From positions 220,880 through 284,879 of the forward strand of contig CAKVFE010000002.1 in assembly GCA_934746645.1 (NCBI GenBank): a stretch of 64,000 nt of DNA, given 5' to 3'. This document shows positions 30,005 through 40,599 of this stretch, piece after piece (the first letter of the stretch is position 1; each line of letters starts with the position of its first letter). The position numbers were made by a program, and so were the translations under genes. The notes beneath the pieces were generated by a model. The model saw nothing but the letters and a program-made list of their open reading frames with translations. It was not told the origin of the DNA and ran no database searches. Source of the DNA: an uncultured Clostridia bacterium (GTDB lineage: Bacteria > Bacillota > Clostridia > Christensenellales > UBA1242).

Positions 30005-31978
30005 TTAACAATATGCTTTTAATTCTGGGAATTTATTAAAGACATTAGAATTATAAACCAAATTCATATTAAATTGCTTATTATAGAATATGGTTGCATT
30101 TTCTCTAAATTTATTTATTTCTTCATCAGTCAAATTTTTGTCAGAATATATCTTAATAACATTATCAGAATATATATCACTTGCAAATATTCCACCAATT
30201 TGAGATACAAAAACAGTATCTTTAAAGTTATCATTAAATACAGAATATCCCATATACAAATTATTATTATATGTTATTCCAGTTAAATCAAGCAATGTTG
30301 GAGCTAAGTTGTATGGACAACTAAATTGTGTCACATTCCCCTTACCTAATTTGTTAGAATAAATAACTGCAGGAACTCTATATAATTCAATATTTCTAAA
30401 ATCTTCTTTTTTCGTATCTCTCATTTTATAAGATAGATCATGATAATAAGCATTATGATCACCATACACAACTAATGTGGTATTGTCATATAAATTGTTT
30501 TCTTTTAAATAATCAACCAATATACCAATACCTTTGTCCAAATCCATTGTAGTAGCTAAATAATTGCGTAAATATGTTTTATATTTTTTATCTGTTGGAA
30601 AAGTATAATTTGTGTTTGATTCAAGCCAATTCTTGTATTCGTCCAACTTACCATTATCCAATAATGTATAATTGTCTGTAAGCTTATGACTTTCGTTATA
30701 TGGTCCATGAGAAGTGATAGTTGTTATAAAACTAAAATAACTTTTATCTTTAGGTGCTATTATTTCTTTACAACTTTCAAACATATCAGAATCTCTTGTA
30801 TAAGAGGAATTATGACCTATTAAGCCTTCTGCTTTACTTTCAATATCCATATCTTCAAGTGTAACTATATCATCAAACCCAAAAGTAGTATGGGTCTTAT
30901 TTCTAGCATAAAAATCTCCTGTATTATCGTGGAAATATTTTATACTCTCATAACCTGCATTTTTAAATTTATTAGGTAAAGTAAATGTCAACTCATTACC
31001 CAGCAAACTTGATGTTGAACCATGCCAACTATTTGTAAATGCATTATCAGTAGGAACACTACCCAATATAACATCCATCTCAGAATAGTTTGTTTTACTC
31101 TTGCTATAGTAATTGTCAAAACTATATCCGTTGGTAAAGATATTATATAGATTTGGAGTTAACACAGGGTTAATTGCATACCACTCTAAACTTTCACACA
31201 TAACAATAATTACATTGTCATTTTGCAATAAACCAGTATTTGAATTTGTTTGATAAACTTTATTTTTGACATAATCTTTTATTTTGTCATACTGTTTATA
31301 ATCATCCACTCCAAACATCATATTTGTTAAATTTTTTATATAATATGGGTATGTACCAAATTTTCTTAGCGATTCTGATTTTATAAATTGTTTATCATAC
31401 ATAGTTTTATCGTTCTCAAAATATGTTTGATATAAAGTATCATTATTTTGCTTAAATAATGCCTTTTGCATAAAATAACCACCATAAGACAAACCTTGTA
31501 TAACAACAAATACAGATAATACAATTAAAGCTGTTTTAGATTTAAATTGATATGATATTTTGTGTTTTAAATTTATAGCCATATATGTAATTGATATAGC
31601 AAATACAAACACCAAAAATAAAATAAATTTCCATTTTATAAATGATGAATCAAATACAGAAAATGCTTCAGCACCTAAAACTATCAAATCAAAACTAAAC
31701 AAATCGCCATATATTGAATATAGAGTAATATTAACATAACTTAATATTGATTGAAGCAACAAAAACACGATAGCTAAAACAAATTGAGCTATCTTATTTG
31801 AAGTAACAAATATTAATGATGCCAATATCAATAATACAAACAATTCTAATAAAAAATATTGTGGCAATATATTAAAATCTAATGTAATAAAAGTACCCAT
31901 TTCTATAATAATTGAAGTTATTATAAACACTAATGGATACATAAGCATATTAAGTATAGTATTTTTATTATCAGTCAT
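30005..31978 (-). CDS. LTA synthase (LtaS) family sulfatase-domain membrane protein
   Basis: About 5 N-terminal TM helices followed by an extracellular alkaline-phosphatase/sulfatase-like domain (VMCESLEW, ITSHGPY, YGDHN). Confidence 0.8.
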   Translation of the reverse strand: MTDNKNTILNMLMYPLVFIITSIIIEMGTFITLDFNILPQYFLLELFVLLILASLIFVTSNKIAQFVLAIVFLLLQSILSYVNITLYSIYGDLFSFDLIVLGAEAFSVFDSSFIKWKFILFLVFVFAISITYMAINLKHKISYQFKSKTALIVLSVFVVIQGLSYGGYFMQKALFKQNNDTLYQTYFENDKTMYDKQFIKSESLRKFGTYPYYIKNLTNMMFGVDDYKQYDKIKDYVKNKVYQTNSNTGLLQNDNVIIVMCESLEWYAINPVLTPNLYNIFTNGYSFDNYYSKSKTNYSEMDVILGSVPTDNAFTNSWHGSTSSLLGNELTFTLPNKFKNAGYESIKYFHDNTGDFYARNKTHTTFGFDDIVTLEDMDIESKAEGLIGHNSSYTRDSDMFESCKEIIAPKDKSYFSFITTITSHGPYNESHKLTDNYTLLDNGKLDEYKNWLESNTNYTFPTDKKYKTYLRNYLATTMDLDKGIGILVDYLKENNLYDNTTLVVYGDHNAYYHDLSYKMRDTKKEDFRNIELYRVPAVIYSNKLGKGNVTQFSCPYNLAPTLLDLTGITYNNNLYMGYSVFNDNFKDTVFVSQIGGIFASDIYSDNVIKIYSDKNLTDEEINKFRENATIFYNKQFNMNLVYNSNVFNKFPELKAYC

Positions 31979-32116
31979 TTAGTCACCTTATATCAGTCCC
32001 TTAATGTATTTAGTATATGTAATATACCATACACCAATAACAATTGGAATTAACAATTTTTGTAATTATATTAAAAAGACTCGAATTGATTTATATTCAA
32101 ATGAGTCTTTTTTATT

Positions 32117-32797
32117 TTAATTATTTTCATTAGTAGACTTAACCAATCTATTGTATTTTCTCTTAAGTTTTTTAAGCTTTTTATCTTGTTTTTCTTTTAA
32201 ATAGTTTTTTCTTAAATCTAGGATATTTTTCTTTATAATATTACTTGCTTCATCAAGCAATTCTTTATCTATTTTTTTATCCTTAAATTGCTCCATATTA
32301 TAAAGTTCTAGAGGTTTACCAATAATTAATTTATTAGGAACAAATGCCATAGTTTTCTTTACAAAAAATGCAGGAATAACTGGTGTTTGAGTTCTTAATG
32401 AAAACATTGCAACGCCGTGTTTTAACTCATTGGCTTCACTTGTAACAAGTCTAGAACCTTCTGGGAATATACAAACTGCTTTATCATCTTTCAATAGTTT
32501 CATTGTAGTTTTTACAGCTTGAATATCACTAGAACAACAATGCACTGGATAAGCACCCAATTTCTTTAAAAATGCACCCTTTATTTTGTTGTCGAACAAT
32601 GGAGATTTTGCCATATAATGGAATCTACGACGACCAGCTAATTTATAACCAACCAATATTGGGTCATTAAGTGTTTGGTGGTTTGCACTAAAAATTATAC
32701 GACCTTTTTTAGGTACATTTTTCTTTCCCACAACCCTACAAGGGAAAACAATATTTAATGGGATAAAAAACAAAATTAGTAATATGTAAAATAACAT
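32117..32797 (-). CDS. plsC: 1-acyl-sn-glycerol-3-phosphate acyltransferase
   Basis: HX4D motif NHQTLNDP and FPEGSR motif. Basic C-terminal tail. Confidence 0.88.
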   Translation of the reverse strand: MLFYILLILFFIPLNIVFPCRVVGKKNVPKKGRIIFSANHQTLNDPILVGYKLAGRRRFHYMAKSPLFDNKIKGAFLKKLGAYPVHCCSSDIQAVKTTMKLLKDDKAVCIFPEGSRLVTSEANELKHGVAMFSLRTQTPVIPAFFVKKTMAFVPNKLIIGKPLELYNMEQFKDKKIDKELLDEASNIIKKNILDLRKNYLKEKQDKKLKKLKRKYNRLVKSTNENN

Positions 32798-32806
32798 AAT
32801 AACTCC

Positions 32807-33469
32807 TTATACTCTTTCGTCAATCTTGCTATACAAAATAGCTACGACCTCATCAATATTATATTCGTCAGTATTGACATATATTGCATCTTTCGCAAGT
32901 TCTAACTTACCATATTGACGATGAGTATCTCTATAATCTCTTTCGTTGATATCTTCTAACACTTTTTCAAAAGTAACATTTTCACCCTTTGCAATTAAGT
33001 CTTTCAATCTTCTTTTTGCCCTTACTTCAGGAGAAGCTGTAAGATAAAATTTGTATTTAGCATTAGGTAAAATTTCGGTTGTGATATCTCTACCTTCCAT
33101 AATAACATTATTATTTCTAGCAAAATCTTGTTGGATATTTCTTACTTTATCTCTAACAATTTTTAATGCAGAACTTCTAGAAGAATAATCAGAAATAATA
33201 GAAGTTCTAATTTTTGAATTAACACATTCGCCATTAAGATATGTGTATTGTTCGTTATTAACAAAATCAATAACTATATCCATCTTGTCCAATACTTTAG
33301 CTACTTCTTCTTCACTATACGGGTCAACATTATTCTCGTAACAATATAATCCAATAGCTCTATATATAGCACCTGTATCTAAGTGATACACATTTAACAA
33401 CTTTGCAAGTCTTTGAGCTACTGCTCCTTTTCCAGATGCACTTGGTCCATCAATAGCAATATTAATCAT
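32807..33469 (-). CDS. cmk: Cytidylate kinase
   Basis: IAIDGPSASGKG P-loop, HLDTGAIYRA. 220 aa. Confidence 0.95.
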   Translation of the reverse strand: MINIAIDGPSASGKGAVAQRLAKLLNVYHLDTGAIYRAIGLYCYENNVDPYSEEEVAKVLDKMDIVIDFVNNEQYTYLNGECVNSKIRTSIISDYSSRSSALKIVRDKVRNIQQDFARNNNVIMEGRDITTEILPNAKYKFYLTASPEVRAKRRLKDLIAKGENVTFEKVLEDINERDYRDTHRQYGKLELAKDAIYVNTDEYNIDEVVAILYSKIDERV

Positions 33470-33471
33470 AA

Positions 33472-34188
33472 TTATTTCCCCCGTTTAAGCAATAAATTAA
33501 TTTCTTCTTTGTTCAATTTTCTATACTTTCCTATTGGCAAATTTCCCAATGGTAACATACCAATTTTTATTCGTTTAAGATACAAGACTTTAAGTCCAAC
33601 AGCATCAACCATTTTTCTTACTTGTCTGTTTTTACCTTCATGAATGGTTATATCAAACTGATATGTTCCATTGTCCAATTTTTTCTTATTATCAATTTTG
33701 CTTGGACTTGTAACAAAATCATCTTCTATTTTTACACCATTTTCTAGAGCATTAAATTGTTCTATTGAAGGTTGAGTATTAACTTTAACCTGATAAACTT
33801 TATCTATTTGATGACTTGGATGAATCAATTGATTGGCAAAATCGCCATCATTGGTAATAATAAGCATACCTTCTGTGTCATAATCCAATCTACCAACTGG
33901 AAAAATATGTTCTGGAGTACTTTCTATAAGGTCCAAAACAGTATGCCTACCCCTATCATCACTAACAGAAGTTATATAACCACTAGGTTTATTAAGTAGA
34001 TAGTACAATTTAACATTGCTTGGCTTAACAATATCACCATCAAATTTTACAATATCAGTAGGCAAAACTTGTGTAGCCAATAAAGTAACTATTTTGTCAT
34101 TAATAGTCACACGACCAGCCAAAATATATTCTTCAACTTTTCGTCTACTCCCAATATTACATTGTGCTAAATATTTATTAATTCTCAT
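33472..34188 (-). CDS. rluB: rRNA pseudouridine synthase (RluB/RsuA family)
   Basis: N-terminal S4 domain (MRINKYLAQCNIGSRRKVE), catalytic GRLDYDTEG motif. Confidence 0.9.
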   Translation of the reverse strand: MRINKYLAQCNIGSRRKVEEYILAGRVTINDKIVTLLATQVLPTDIVKFDGDIVKPSNVKLYYLLNKPSGYITSVSDDRGRHTVLDLIESTPEHIFPVGRLDYDTEGMLIITNDGDFANQLIHPSHQIDKVYQVKVNTQPSIEQFNALENGVKIEDDFVTSPSKIDNKKKLDNGTYQFDITIHEGKNRQVRKMVDAVGLKVLYLKRIKIGMLPLGNLPIGKYRKLNKEEINLLLKRGK

Positions 34189-34223
34189 ACATAATAATTT
34201 TAATACAATCTAGACTTTTTATC

Positions 34224-34256
34224 AAATAAAAAACATAACACTTTAGTGTTATGTTC
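34224..34256 (-). terminator. Terminator of the dacB-like gene
   Basis: aacataacac-ttta-gtgttatgtt, with a T-run on the minus strand. Confidence 0.8.
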
Positions 34257-34327
34257 AATTTTTTATATATTGTTATATTTTATATGATAATATTTAGGTC
34301 AAAAATCAGGTTAAAATTGAGTTTATT

Positions 34328-35515
34328 TTAAATAAACCAACTTTTAATAATGGTATCCAATTTGTACTTAATATTAATATTTTTTATTTCACTAGTCGAA
34401 TATAAGCCATCTTCATAAATAATCTCATCATTGTAAGTTACTTTTACAGTCCCCATTTTTGTATTAGCATTGATAGGAGCTTCTGCCGTTTCTAAAATAT
34501 CATAATCGACTTTATACATATCTTCTTCAGATTTCTTAATTATTTTACTATACCCTTTAATAGTAACAACAAACGCTTCGTTTTTATCTCCATCAATTAC
34601 AGATACATTACCAACAAAATTATAAGGTTCAACAAAAGTTTTTACCATATATTCGTTGTAAGCTTGTTCTGTTAGCTTGTCACATTCTTCAAACATTGGT
34701 CCACAATTAAATACTACAGAAACAACTCTAAAACCATTGCGTTCACAAGCATTAACTAGACATCTCCCTGCATTGTCTGTAAAGCCAGTTTTAACACCTA
34801 CACATCCGTCTTGACTAAATAACAATTTGTTTTTATTACGCAAATATCTAACATTAGGTTCGCCTTCATTAAGAATTTTTGTTTTTGTACTAACAATTTC
34901 TTTAAAAACTGGATTGTCTAAAGCATAATTAGTAATTACAGCTAAATCATAAGTTGATGTATAATGTCCTTTTGCATCAAGTCCATGAGGATTGGCAAAA
35001 TGTGTATTTTTAAGGTCTAAATCCAAAGCAAATTTGTTCATCATCTCGACAAAATTTTCTTCAGTACCACCTATAGCACAAGCAAGAGCCATTGCAGCAT
35101 CATTGCCAGACGCAAGTATCAATCCATATAATAGGTTTCTTATACTCATTTGCTCTTTTTTTCTAAGATAAATACTTGTACCTTCAATACCAACACTCTT
35201 ATCATCTACAGTGATAATTTCGTCCAAATCATCACAATTTTCAATAGTTACAATAGCAGTAACAATTTTGGTTGTGCTTGCCATTGCAAGTTGTTGGTCT
35301 TTGTTGTATTGATTAAGTACTTGCCCGTCTTCACTAATTACACACATAGACCTGTATGGTGCTAAAGCCTGTAAATCTAGAACTTTGCTAGACTTAATAT
35401 TATATAAAACATTAACAAAACCTAGCACACTCATAATCATAAGTACACAACATAATATTCTGGTTTTAAAACTCATTTTGTGCGTAATAACGCCATTTTT
35501 CTTATCTTTTGACAT
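34328..35515 (-). CDS. D-alanyl-D-alanine carboxypeptidase (PBP5 family, DacB-like)
   Basis: SxxK (ASTTKI), SxN (SGND), KTG (VKTGFT), C-terminal PBP5_C-like domain. Lies upstream of scp genes and ytfIJ as sporulation dacB often does. Confidence 0.88.
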   Translation of the reverse strand: MSKDKKNGVITHKMSFKTRILCCVLMIMSVLGFVNVLYNIKSSKVLDLQALAPYRSMCVISEDGQVLNQYNKDQQLAMASTTKIVTAIVTIENCDDLDEIITVDDKSVGIEGTSIYLRKKEQMSIRNLLYGLILASGNDAAMALACAIGGTEENFVEMMNKFALDLDLKNTHFANPHGLDAKGHYTSTYDLAVITNYALDNPVFKEIVSTKTKILNEGEPNVRYLRNKNKLLFSQDGCVGVKTGFTDNAGRCLVNACERNGFRVVSVVFNCGPMFEECDKLTEQAYNEYMVKTFVEPYNFVGNVSVIDGDKNEAFVVTIKGYSKIIKKSEEDMYKVDYDILETAEAPINANTKMGTVKVTYNDEIIYEDGLYSTSEIKNINIKYKLDTIIKSWFI

Positions 35516-35564
35516 CTTTATACCTTTATCCTTTTACTTTAAAAATCATAAATTATTTAAGTAA

Positions 35565-35960
35565 TTATTGTTTATCTTTTAGATTGCTAAGCAGAATTTT
35601 TAATGTTCTGTTGGCCATTTCTATTAGTTTGTCACTAGATTTGTTAAGCTCAGTATTGATAAATGTAGTTTCACCATTTTTAATAACTAAAAAACCTATA
35701 GGATTAACAGTAAATCCAGCACCTGTACCACCTGCAAACGGATAATTGTATGCAAGCTTATTGTTATTATCCAGTTCGCCACCACCAGCAATTATTCCGA
35801 CATAAATCTTTGATACAGGAATAATTGTTGTGCCATCTTCACTAATAATTGGCGTTCCAACAACAGTATTTATATCAACAAGAGTCTTCAAATTTTTCAT
35901 AGCGTCATCAAGAATTTCGCTTAATTCGCCTGTGTTGTTGTAACTTATTTTTTTCTTCAT
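35565..35960 (-). CDS. ytfJ: Sporulation protein YtfJ (GerW family)
   Basis: AMKNLKTLVDINTVVGTPI...DGTTIIPVSKI...AGGG matches the YtfJ/GerW pattern. Strong RBS aggag. The start overlaps the ytfI 3' end by 53 nt. Confidence 0.85.
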   Translation of the reverse strand: MKKKISYNNTGELSEILDDAMKNLKTLVDINTVVGTPIISEDGTTIIPVSKIYVGIIAGGGELDNNNKLAYNYPFAGGTGAGFTVNPIGFLVIKNGETTFINTELNKSSDKLIEMANRTLKILLSNLKDKQ

Positions 35961-36504
35961 ATTTTCTCCTAATTTTTGATTTGTACGCTCTTAAAAATGC
36001 CCATAGTATATCGTATAAACTAAAAGCAAATGCCAAATCAAACTTTACTTTCATTTCGTTTTGTCTAAATCCTGTAGAAATATAATGTTTCAAATCAGCG
36101 TCACTATGGACTATCGACATTTTTGAATAAACAACACCAATCAACGCATTAATCAGTGCTCCAAGTGTGCTAGAAACAATAGGATTTTCGCTACAAATTA
36201 AAGCATAAATACCTAGTCGCATTAGATATATTTTTTTCTTAATACTCAAGCCAAAATCATTAAAAAATTTAACTTTTTCGTCATTTAAATCAAGTTTGAT
36301 TGTTATAACTTTATTTCGTTTGTTGCTAAGATTAAGGTATTCGCCTGCTATAGTAAAATTGAGCAAAAATATAGGAATACCAAACAAATTTAGTTTTATC
36401 TTTCCTTCATTGTTGATAATGTCATAATTTAATAAGACACTAATCGGCAATGATATCGTAAGCAAAACTATAATAACTGTAGTTATAATCAACAAAACTT
36501 TCAT
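35908..36504 (-). CDS. ytfI: DUF2953-like sporulation membrane protein (YtfI-like)
   Basis: N-terminal TM, size and position immediately upstream of ytfJ as in Bacillus. Sequence assignment is weak. Confidence 0.5.
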   Translation of the reverse strand: MKVLLIITTVIIVLLTISLPISVLLNYDIINNEGKIKLNLFGIPIFLLNFTIAGEYLNLSNKRNKVITIKLDLNDEKVKFFNDFGLSIKKKIYLMRLGIYALICSENPIVSSTLGALINALIGVVYSKMSIVHSDADLKHYISTGFRQNEMKVKFDLAFAFSLYDILWAFLRAYKSKIRRKYEEKNKLQQHRRIKRNS

Positions 36505-36635
36505 ACATTTATTATTAGCAATAATAACAAAAAAATGTATCCAAACTTTGGATACATTTTAATTATTGTTGATATTTTAATGTGATTTTTATAAATACTA
36601 TTCAAAATCGTTAAAAATGACTTTATTGTGGCATA

Positions 36636-37409
36636 TTATGCACCAACATCTTCCCCATCATCAGGCTCGTTAAGAGCATTAAGCAAGTCTTCAACAACAT
36701 CGTTCTTTTCTTCCATTTCTTCTTCAACAAACTCTTCAGCAATTTCTTCTTTTTCCAACTTTTTATCTTCTTTTTGTTGTTTTTCAAGTTCGGCTTGTTT
36801 TTCAGCTTCTTCTGCTTCAAGTTTGTCATTGTCTTCAGGCATATGTGAATAATCAAATAGCCCTGCATTTTGTGGAGTATGTATAACTTGTATGCGTTCC
36901 AACAATTCGTCATAGTCAGGCAAATCTTCCAAGCTATTAAGTCCAAAACGCTTTAAAAATTCGTCTGTTGTGCCAAATAATAATGGCTTACCAATGGCGT
37001 CTTTACGACCAACAACTTCTATAAGTTTGTTTTCAATCAAGTTGTTCATAGCATAGTCAGAGTTAACACCCCTAACTTGTTCTATCTCCAATCTAGTAAT
37101 TGGTTGTTTGTAAGCAATAATAGCTGCAGTTTCTAACACAGCTTTAGTCAAAGCTTTTTCTTTTATTGGATTTAAAACTTCTGCGACTTGCTCAGCATAC
37201 GCAGAGTTGGAACATAATTGTGCTTTCTTATTGAAAGTCAAAACTTGTATACCACTACCACATTTTTCGTGGTCTTCTTTAAGTTTGTTTAGAGCTTTTT
37301 CAACTTCATCAACAGATACGCCAAGTTTTTCGGCAATATCAAAAAACTCTACGCCATCTCCAGCAACAAACAATATACTTTCAATTATCTTATCTAGATT
37401 GTCCATCAC
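36636..37409 (-). CDS. scpB: Segregation and condensation protein B, with an acidic C-terminal tail
   Basis: ESILFVAGDGV...ITRLEIEQVRGVNSDY...GRKDAIGKPLLFGTT motifs. About 70 aa E/K-rich extension. Confidence 0.92.
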   Translation of the reverse strand: MMDNLDKIIESILFVAGDGVEFFDIAEKLGVSVDEVEKALNKLKEDHEKCGSGIQVLTFNKKAQLCSNSAYAEQVAEVLNPIKEKALTKAVLETAAIIAYKQPITRLEIEQVRGVNSDYAMNNLIENKLIEVVGRKDAIGKPLLFGTTDEFLKRFGLNSLEDLPDYDELLERIQVIHTPQNAGLFDYSHMPEDNDKLEAEEAEKQAELEKQQKEDKKLEKEEIAEEFVEEEMEEKNDVVEDLLNALNEPDDGEDVGA

Positions 37410-38259
37410 TCACCTCTTTAATGTCTGTAGCAGTGTCTACAGGTTCAGTTTCCTTTTTAGTAATTTCTATATCGCAAAATGCACCAGCTTGTGCACATTT
37501 GATTTCTTGCAATTTAAGCAATTCCAACAAAGCCATAAATGTTGTTATTATCTCTTCTCTGGATATGCTTTGTTCAAACAATTCGCTAAACATAATTTTT
37601 GGTTTTATCAATAGTTCATCTTTTATAAATGCTATTTTTTGAGTAACTGTAAATTTTTCTTTAGCGATTTGTTTAGGTTCATTTTCTTTTTCAGTCTTAG
37701 TAGCACGAGTAAGAAGACTTGTAAACGCATTAAGCAATAAATCTAAGCTCATATCTTTTAATACAATACGGAACTTATTGGCATCTTCTTCAGGCTCTTT
37801 ATAAAACTTATTGACATCTTCAATAACTTTAAGTTTTTCGCTTGTTTCCTTAAATAATTCGTATTCTTTAAGTCTTTGAGTAAGCAACCAAGTTGGGTCT
37901 TCTTCGTCTTCTTCGTTTTCACTTTCCAATAGTCGTGGCAAAATAATCTTACTTTTAAGCTCTATAAGATATGCTGCCATTTCGATAAAGTCACTTGCTT
38001 TTTCAAGGTCAAGTTCTTCTATATTGGACATAAGTTCAAGATATTGCTCAGTTATTTTGCTTATCTCTATCTCTTCAATCTCCATCTTGTTTTTCTTAAT
38101 AAGATGGATAAGCAAATCCAATGGTCCTTCAAAGTTTTCCAATTTAAAACTTAACTTATCATCGCCATCATCTAAGTCATCAATATTTTCGTCAATATTA
38201 AGTTGTTGTTTGTCATCAACATTTTCTTCTAGTTGATTGTCTTTTTCGTTGTCTATCAT
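37390..38259 (-). CDS. scpA: Segregation and condensation protein A
   Basis: FEGPLDLLIHLIKKNKMEI kleisin N-terminal motif. ATG at 38259 forms an ATGA overlap with the upstream M50 gene stop (the ORF track extends to 38280). Confidence 0.9.
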   Translation of the reverse strand: MIDNEKDNQLEENVDDKQQLNIDENIDDLDDGDDKLSFKLENFEGPLDLLIHLIKKNKMEIEEIEISKITEQYLELMSNIEELDLEKASDFIEMAAYLIELKSKIILPRLLESENEEDEEDPTWLLTQRLKEYELFKETSEKLKVIEDVNKFYKEPEEDANKFRIVLKDMSLDLLLNAFTSLLTRATKTEKENEPKQIAKEKFTVTQKIAFIKDELLIKPKIMFSELFEQSISREEIITTFMALLELLKLQEIKCAQAGAFCDIEITKKETEPVDTATDIKEVSDGQSR

Positions 38260-38912
38260 ATTCCAAATACCAAACCCCAAAATAATTCCATAGGTACGCC
38301 TACCCAGCTAACCAAAGTAAACAACAAAGTATCTCCAATGGTAACTACAAGTAACAAGATAATGTATCCGTATTTACGCATAAATCTGACATAGCCATTT
38401 TCGTATTTAGCATAAGCTGTTATACAATTAAAACCATCTAGTGGATATATTGGCAACAAGTTAAATACAAACAATGACAAGTTGATATAATACAAAAACA
38501 TAGAAAAATAATACAAAAAGTGGCAGAACCAGTTGGCATATATCCCAACTCTGTATGTCAAATGCAACAACATACAACCTATAAATGAAAGTATAAGGTT
38601 GGCTGTAACACCAGCTATTGATACTTTAAATATACCACTTTTATAATTTCTAAATTTCAATGCATTGATTTCGACTGGTTTTGCCCAACCAAAGCCAAAC
38701 AATGCACAACAAAGAAAACCTATAGGGTCAATGTGCGCTAAAGGATTGAGAGTAACTCTGCCTTGATATTTAGGAGTCATATCGCCTTGTTTGTATGCAA
38801 CATAAGCGTGTCCAAATTCGTGCAAAGATAGTGAAATAATAAGTACGAGCAACATAGCAATACCTGCATATATAAACTCATAGCCTTCTAAAACATCTAA
38901 AAAATTAAGCAT
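38256..38912 (-). CDS. Site-2 protease (M50) family membrane metalloprotease
   Basis: HEFGHAY (HExxH) in TM1 and NLLPIYPLDG second motif. Confidence 0.85.
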   Translation of the reverse strand: MLNFLDVLEGYEFIYAGIAMLLVLIISLSLHEFGHAYVAYKQGDMTPKYQGRVTLNPLAHIDPIGFLCCALFGFGWAKPVEINALKFRNYKSGIFKVSIAGVTANLILSFIGCMLLHLTYRVGIYANWFCHFLYYFSMFLYYINLSLFVFNLLPIYPLDGFNCITAYAKYENGYVRFMRKYGYIILLLVVTIGDTLLFTLVSWVGVPMELFWGLVFGI

Positions 38913-39042
38913 AACTTTCCTTTTTAATATACTACCTAATAAGTATATAATAAATAATATAATTAAGCAAATATTTACATATCATTTTAGTTTTTTATAT
39001 ATCCAAATAATGTAAATTTGATACATAATTGTTAATAAATAG

Positions 39043-39075
39043 ACAAAAAAAGAAGACCTAATATTGGTCTTCTTT
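39043..39075 (-). terminator. Terminator of the dacF-like gene
   Basis: aagaagacc/ggtcttctt, with a T7 run on the minus strand. Confidence 0.8.
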
Positions 39076-39147
39076 ATCTCAACTATGCAATATACAATAT
39101 AGGGCTATATAAAGCCAAATTATACTTGTTGACATAGTATATGAATA

Positions 39148-40335
39148 CTAGCCACAAATACTCCAGTTGTCTATCATTTTGTTAAGGACATCTTTGTAGG
39201 TTTGACGCTCAATATCGTCCTTTAATACTACATCTACTTCGCCTATTATTTTACCATCTTTTAATATAGTAGCAGTACCCACTTTTTGACCTGCTTTTTG
39301 TGGCGCTTTTATAGTACTAATATTGCTTATATCTATACCATAACTACTACTATCTCCTTTACGACATACAACGCTATAATCATTGGCATATCTTAAGCCT
39401 ACAAAATCTTCTTTACCACCACTAACTTTAATGCTAGAGTCTATAGGACTATTGACATCAATAATCTTTTTATTTTCAAAATTGGCAAATCCATAATTGT
39501 ACAAGTCTACACTTTCCTTAAATCTATCTTGTGCTTTATCACACTTTAGCACTACAGCTATAAGGTTGAGATTGGAGTTAGATGCAGTACTTGCAAGACA
39601 ATAACCTGCTTCATCAGTAAAACCGGTTTTACCTGTTTTGCATTTGTCATAATACTTTATAAGTCTGTTGGTATTGACAAGTTGGGTTTCTCTGCCACTT
39701 GGGTGTACTAAAGTATCCATCCATATATGTGAATCTTTTACATAAGTGTCATACTTAGCTACCTTTTTAAGTAGTATACTTGTATCCATTGCTGTAGAAT
39801 ATTGGTTGGAAGCTGGCAAACCAGTTGCATTGGCATAACAAGTATTGTTCATACCAAGTTCTTTTGCACGATTATTCATCATAGACACAAAGGCACTTTC
39901 GCTACCACCTATAGCTTCTGCAAGTACAACTGCACTATCATTGGCAGATGCTACAACTACACTTTTCAATAATTCAGCCACACTATACTCACTACCAGCA
40001 TCTAAAAAGGCTTGACTACCTTCCATACTACAAGCGTGCTCAGACGCAGTCAACATATCGTCAAGTTTTAATGCTCCACTATCTAATCTTTCTAAAGTAA
40101 GTAGACTAGTCATAAGTTTGCATATACTAGCAACTTCCATTTTTTCATCAGCATTGTTGCTTACAAGTACAGTGCCACTATCACTATCCAATAGCACATA
40201 ACTTTTACTTGTAAAATTGTTAAATTGCTCTTCATAATATGCTTTTACTATCATTGCCTTATTGCTTATCATTAATGTTGTAACCAATAATACTAAGCAC
40301 ACAACACTAATGTACAACTTATACATCTTTTTCAT
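39148..40335 (-). CDS. D-alanyl-D-alanine carboxypeptidase (PBP5 family, DacF-like)
   Basis: Signal peptide. SxxK (ASICKL), SxN (SAND), KTG (GKTGFT), PBP5_C domain. Confidence 0.88.
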   Translation of the reverse strand: MKKMYKLYISVVCLVLLVTTLMISNKAMIVKAYYEEQFNNFTSKSYVLLDSDSGTVLVSNNADEKMEVASICKLMTSLLTLERLDSGALKLDDMLTASEHACSMEGSQAFLDAGSEYSVAELLKSVVVASANDSAVVLAEAIGGSESAFVSMMNNRAKELGMNNTCYANATGLPASNQYSTAMDTSILLKKVAKYDTYVKDSHIWMDTLVHPSGRETQLVNTNRLIKYYDKCKTGKTGFTDEAGYCLASTASNSNLNLIAVVLKCDKAQDRFKESVDLYNYGFANFENKKIIDVNSPIDSSIKVSGGKEDFVGLRYANDYSVVCRKGDSSSYGIDISNISTIKAPQKAGQKVGTATILKDGKIIGEVDVVLKDDIERQTYKDVLNKMIDNWSICG

Positions 40336-40512
40336 AACATTCCTCTTTAAACTATTTTTTAGTTATTATAAGTAAAAGTTAAAAAAATATGTATTGACAT
40401 TTTTTATATTTTTAGTGATTGCAATGTATAATTACACTACTATGCAAAACACCCTATTTTGCCTTTATATACTGATTTATTAATGTTTACATAGTATATC
40501 ATAATAACCAAT

Positions 40513-40550
40513 AAAAAAATGTATGGCTAAATATTAGTCATACATTTTTT
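40513..40550 (-). terminator. Terminator of lipoprotein paralog A
   Basis: aatgtatg...catacatt flanked by A/T runs. Confidence 0.7.
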
Positions 40551-40599
40551 ATAAATTAAATATTGTATATAAATTGTATTATTGATTTTGATTTAATAA

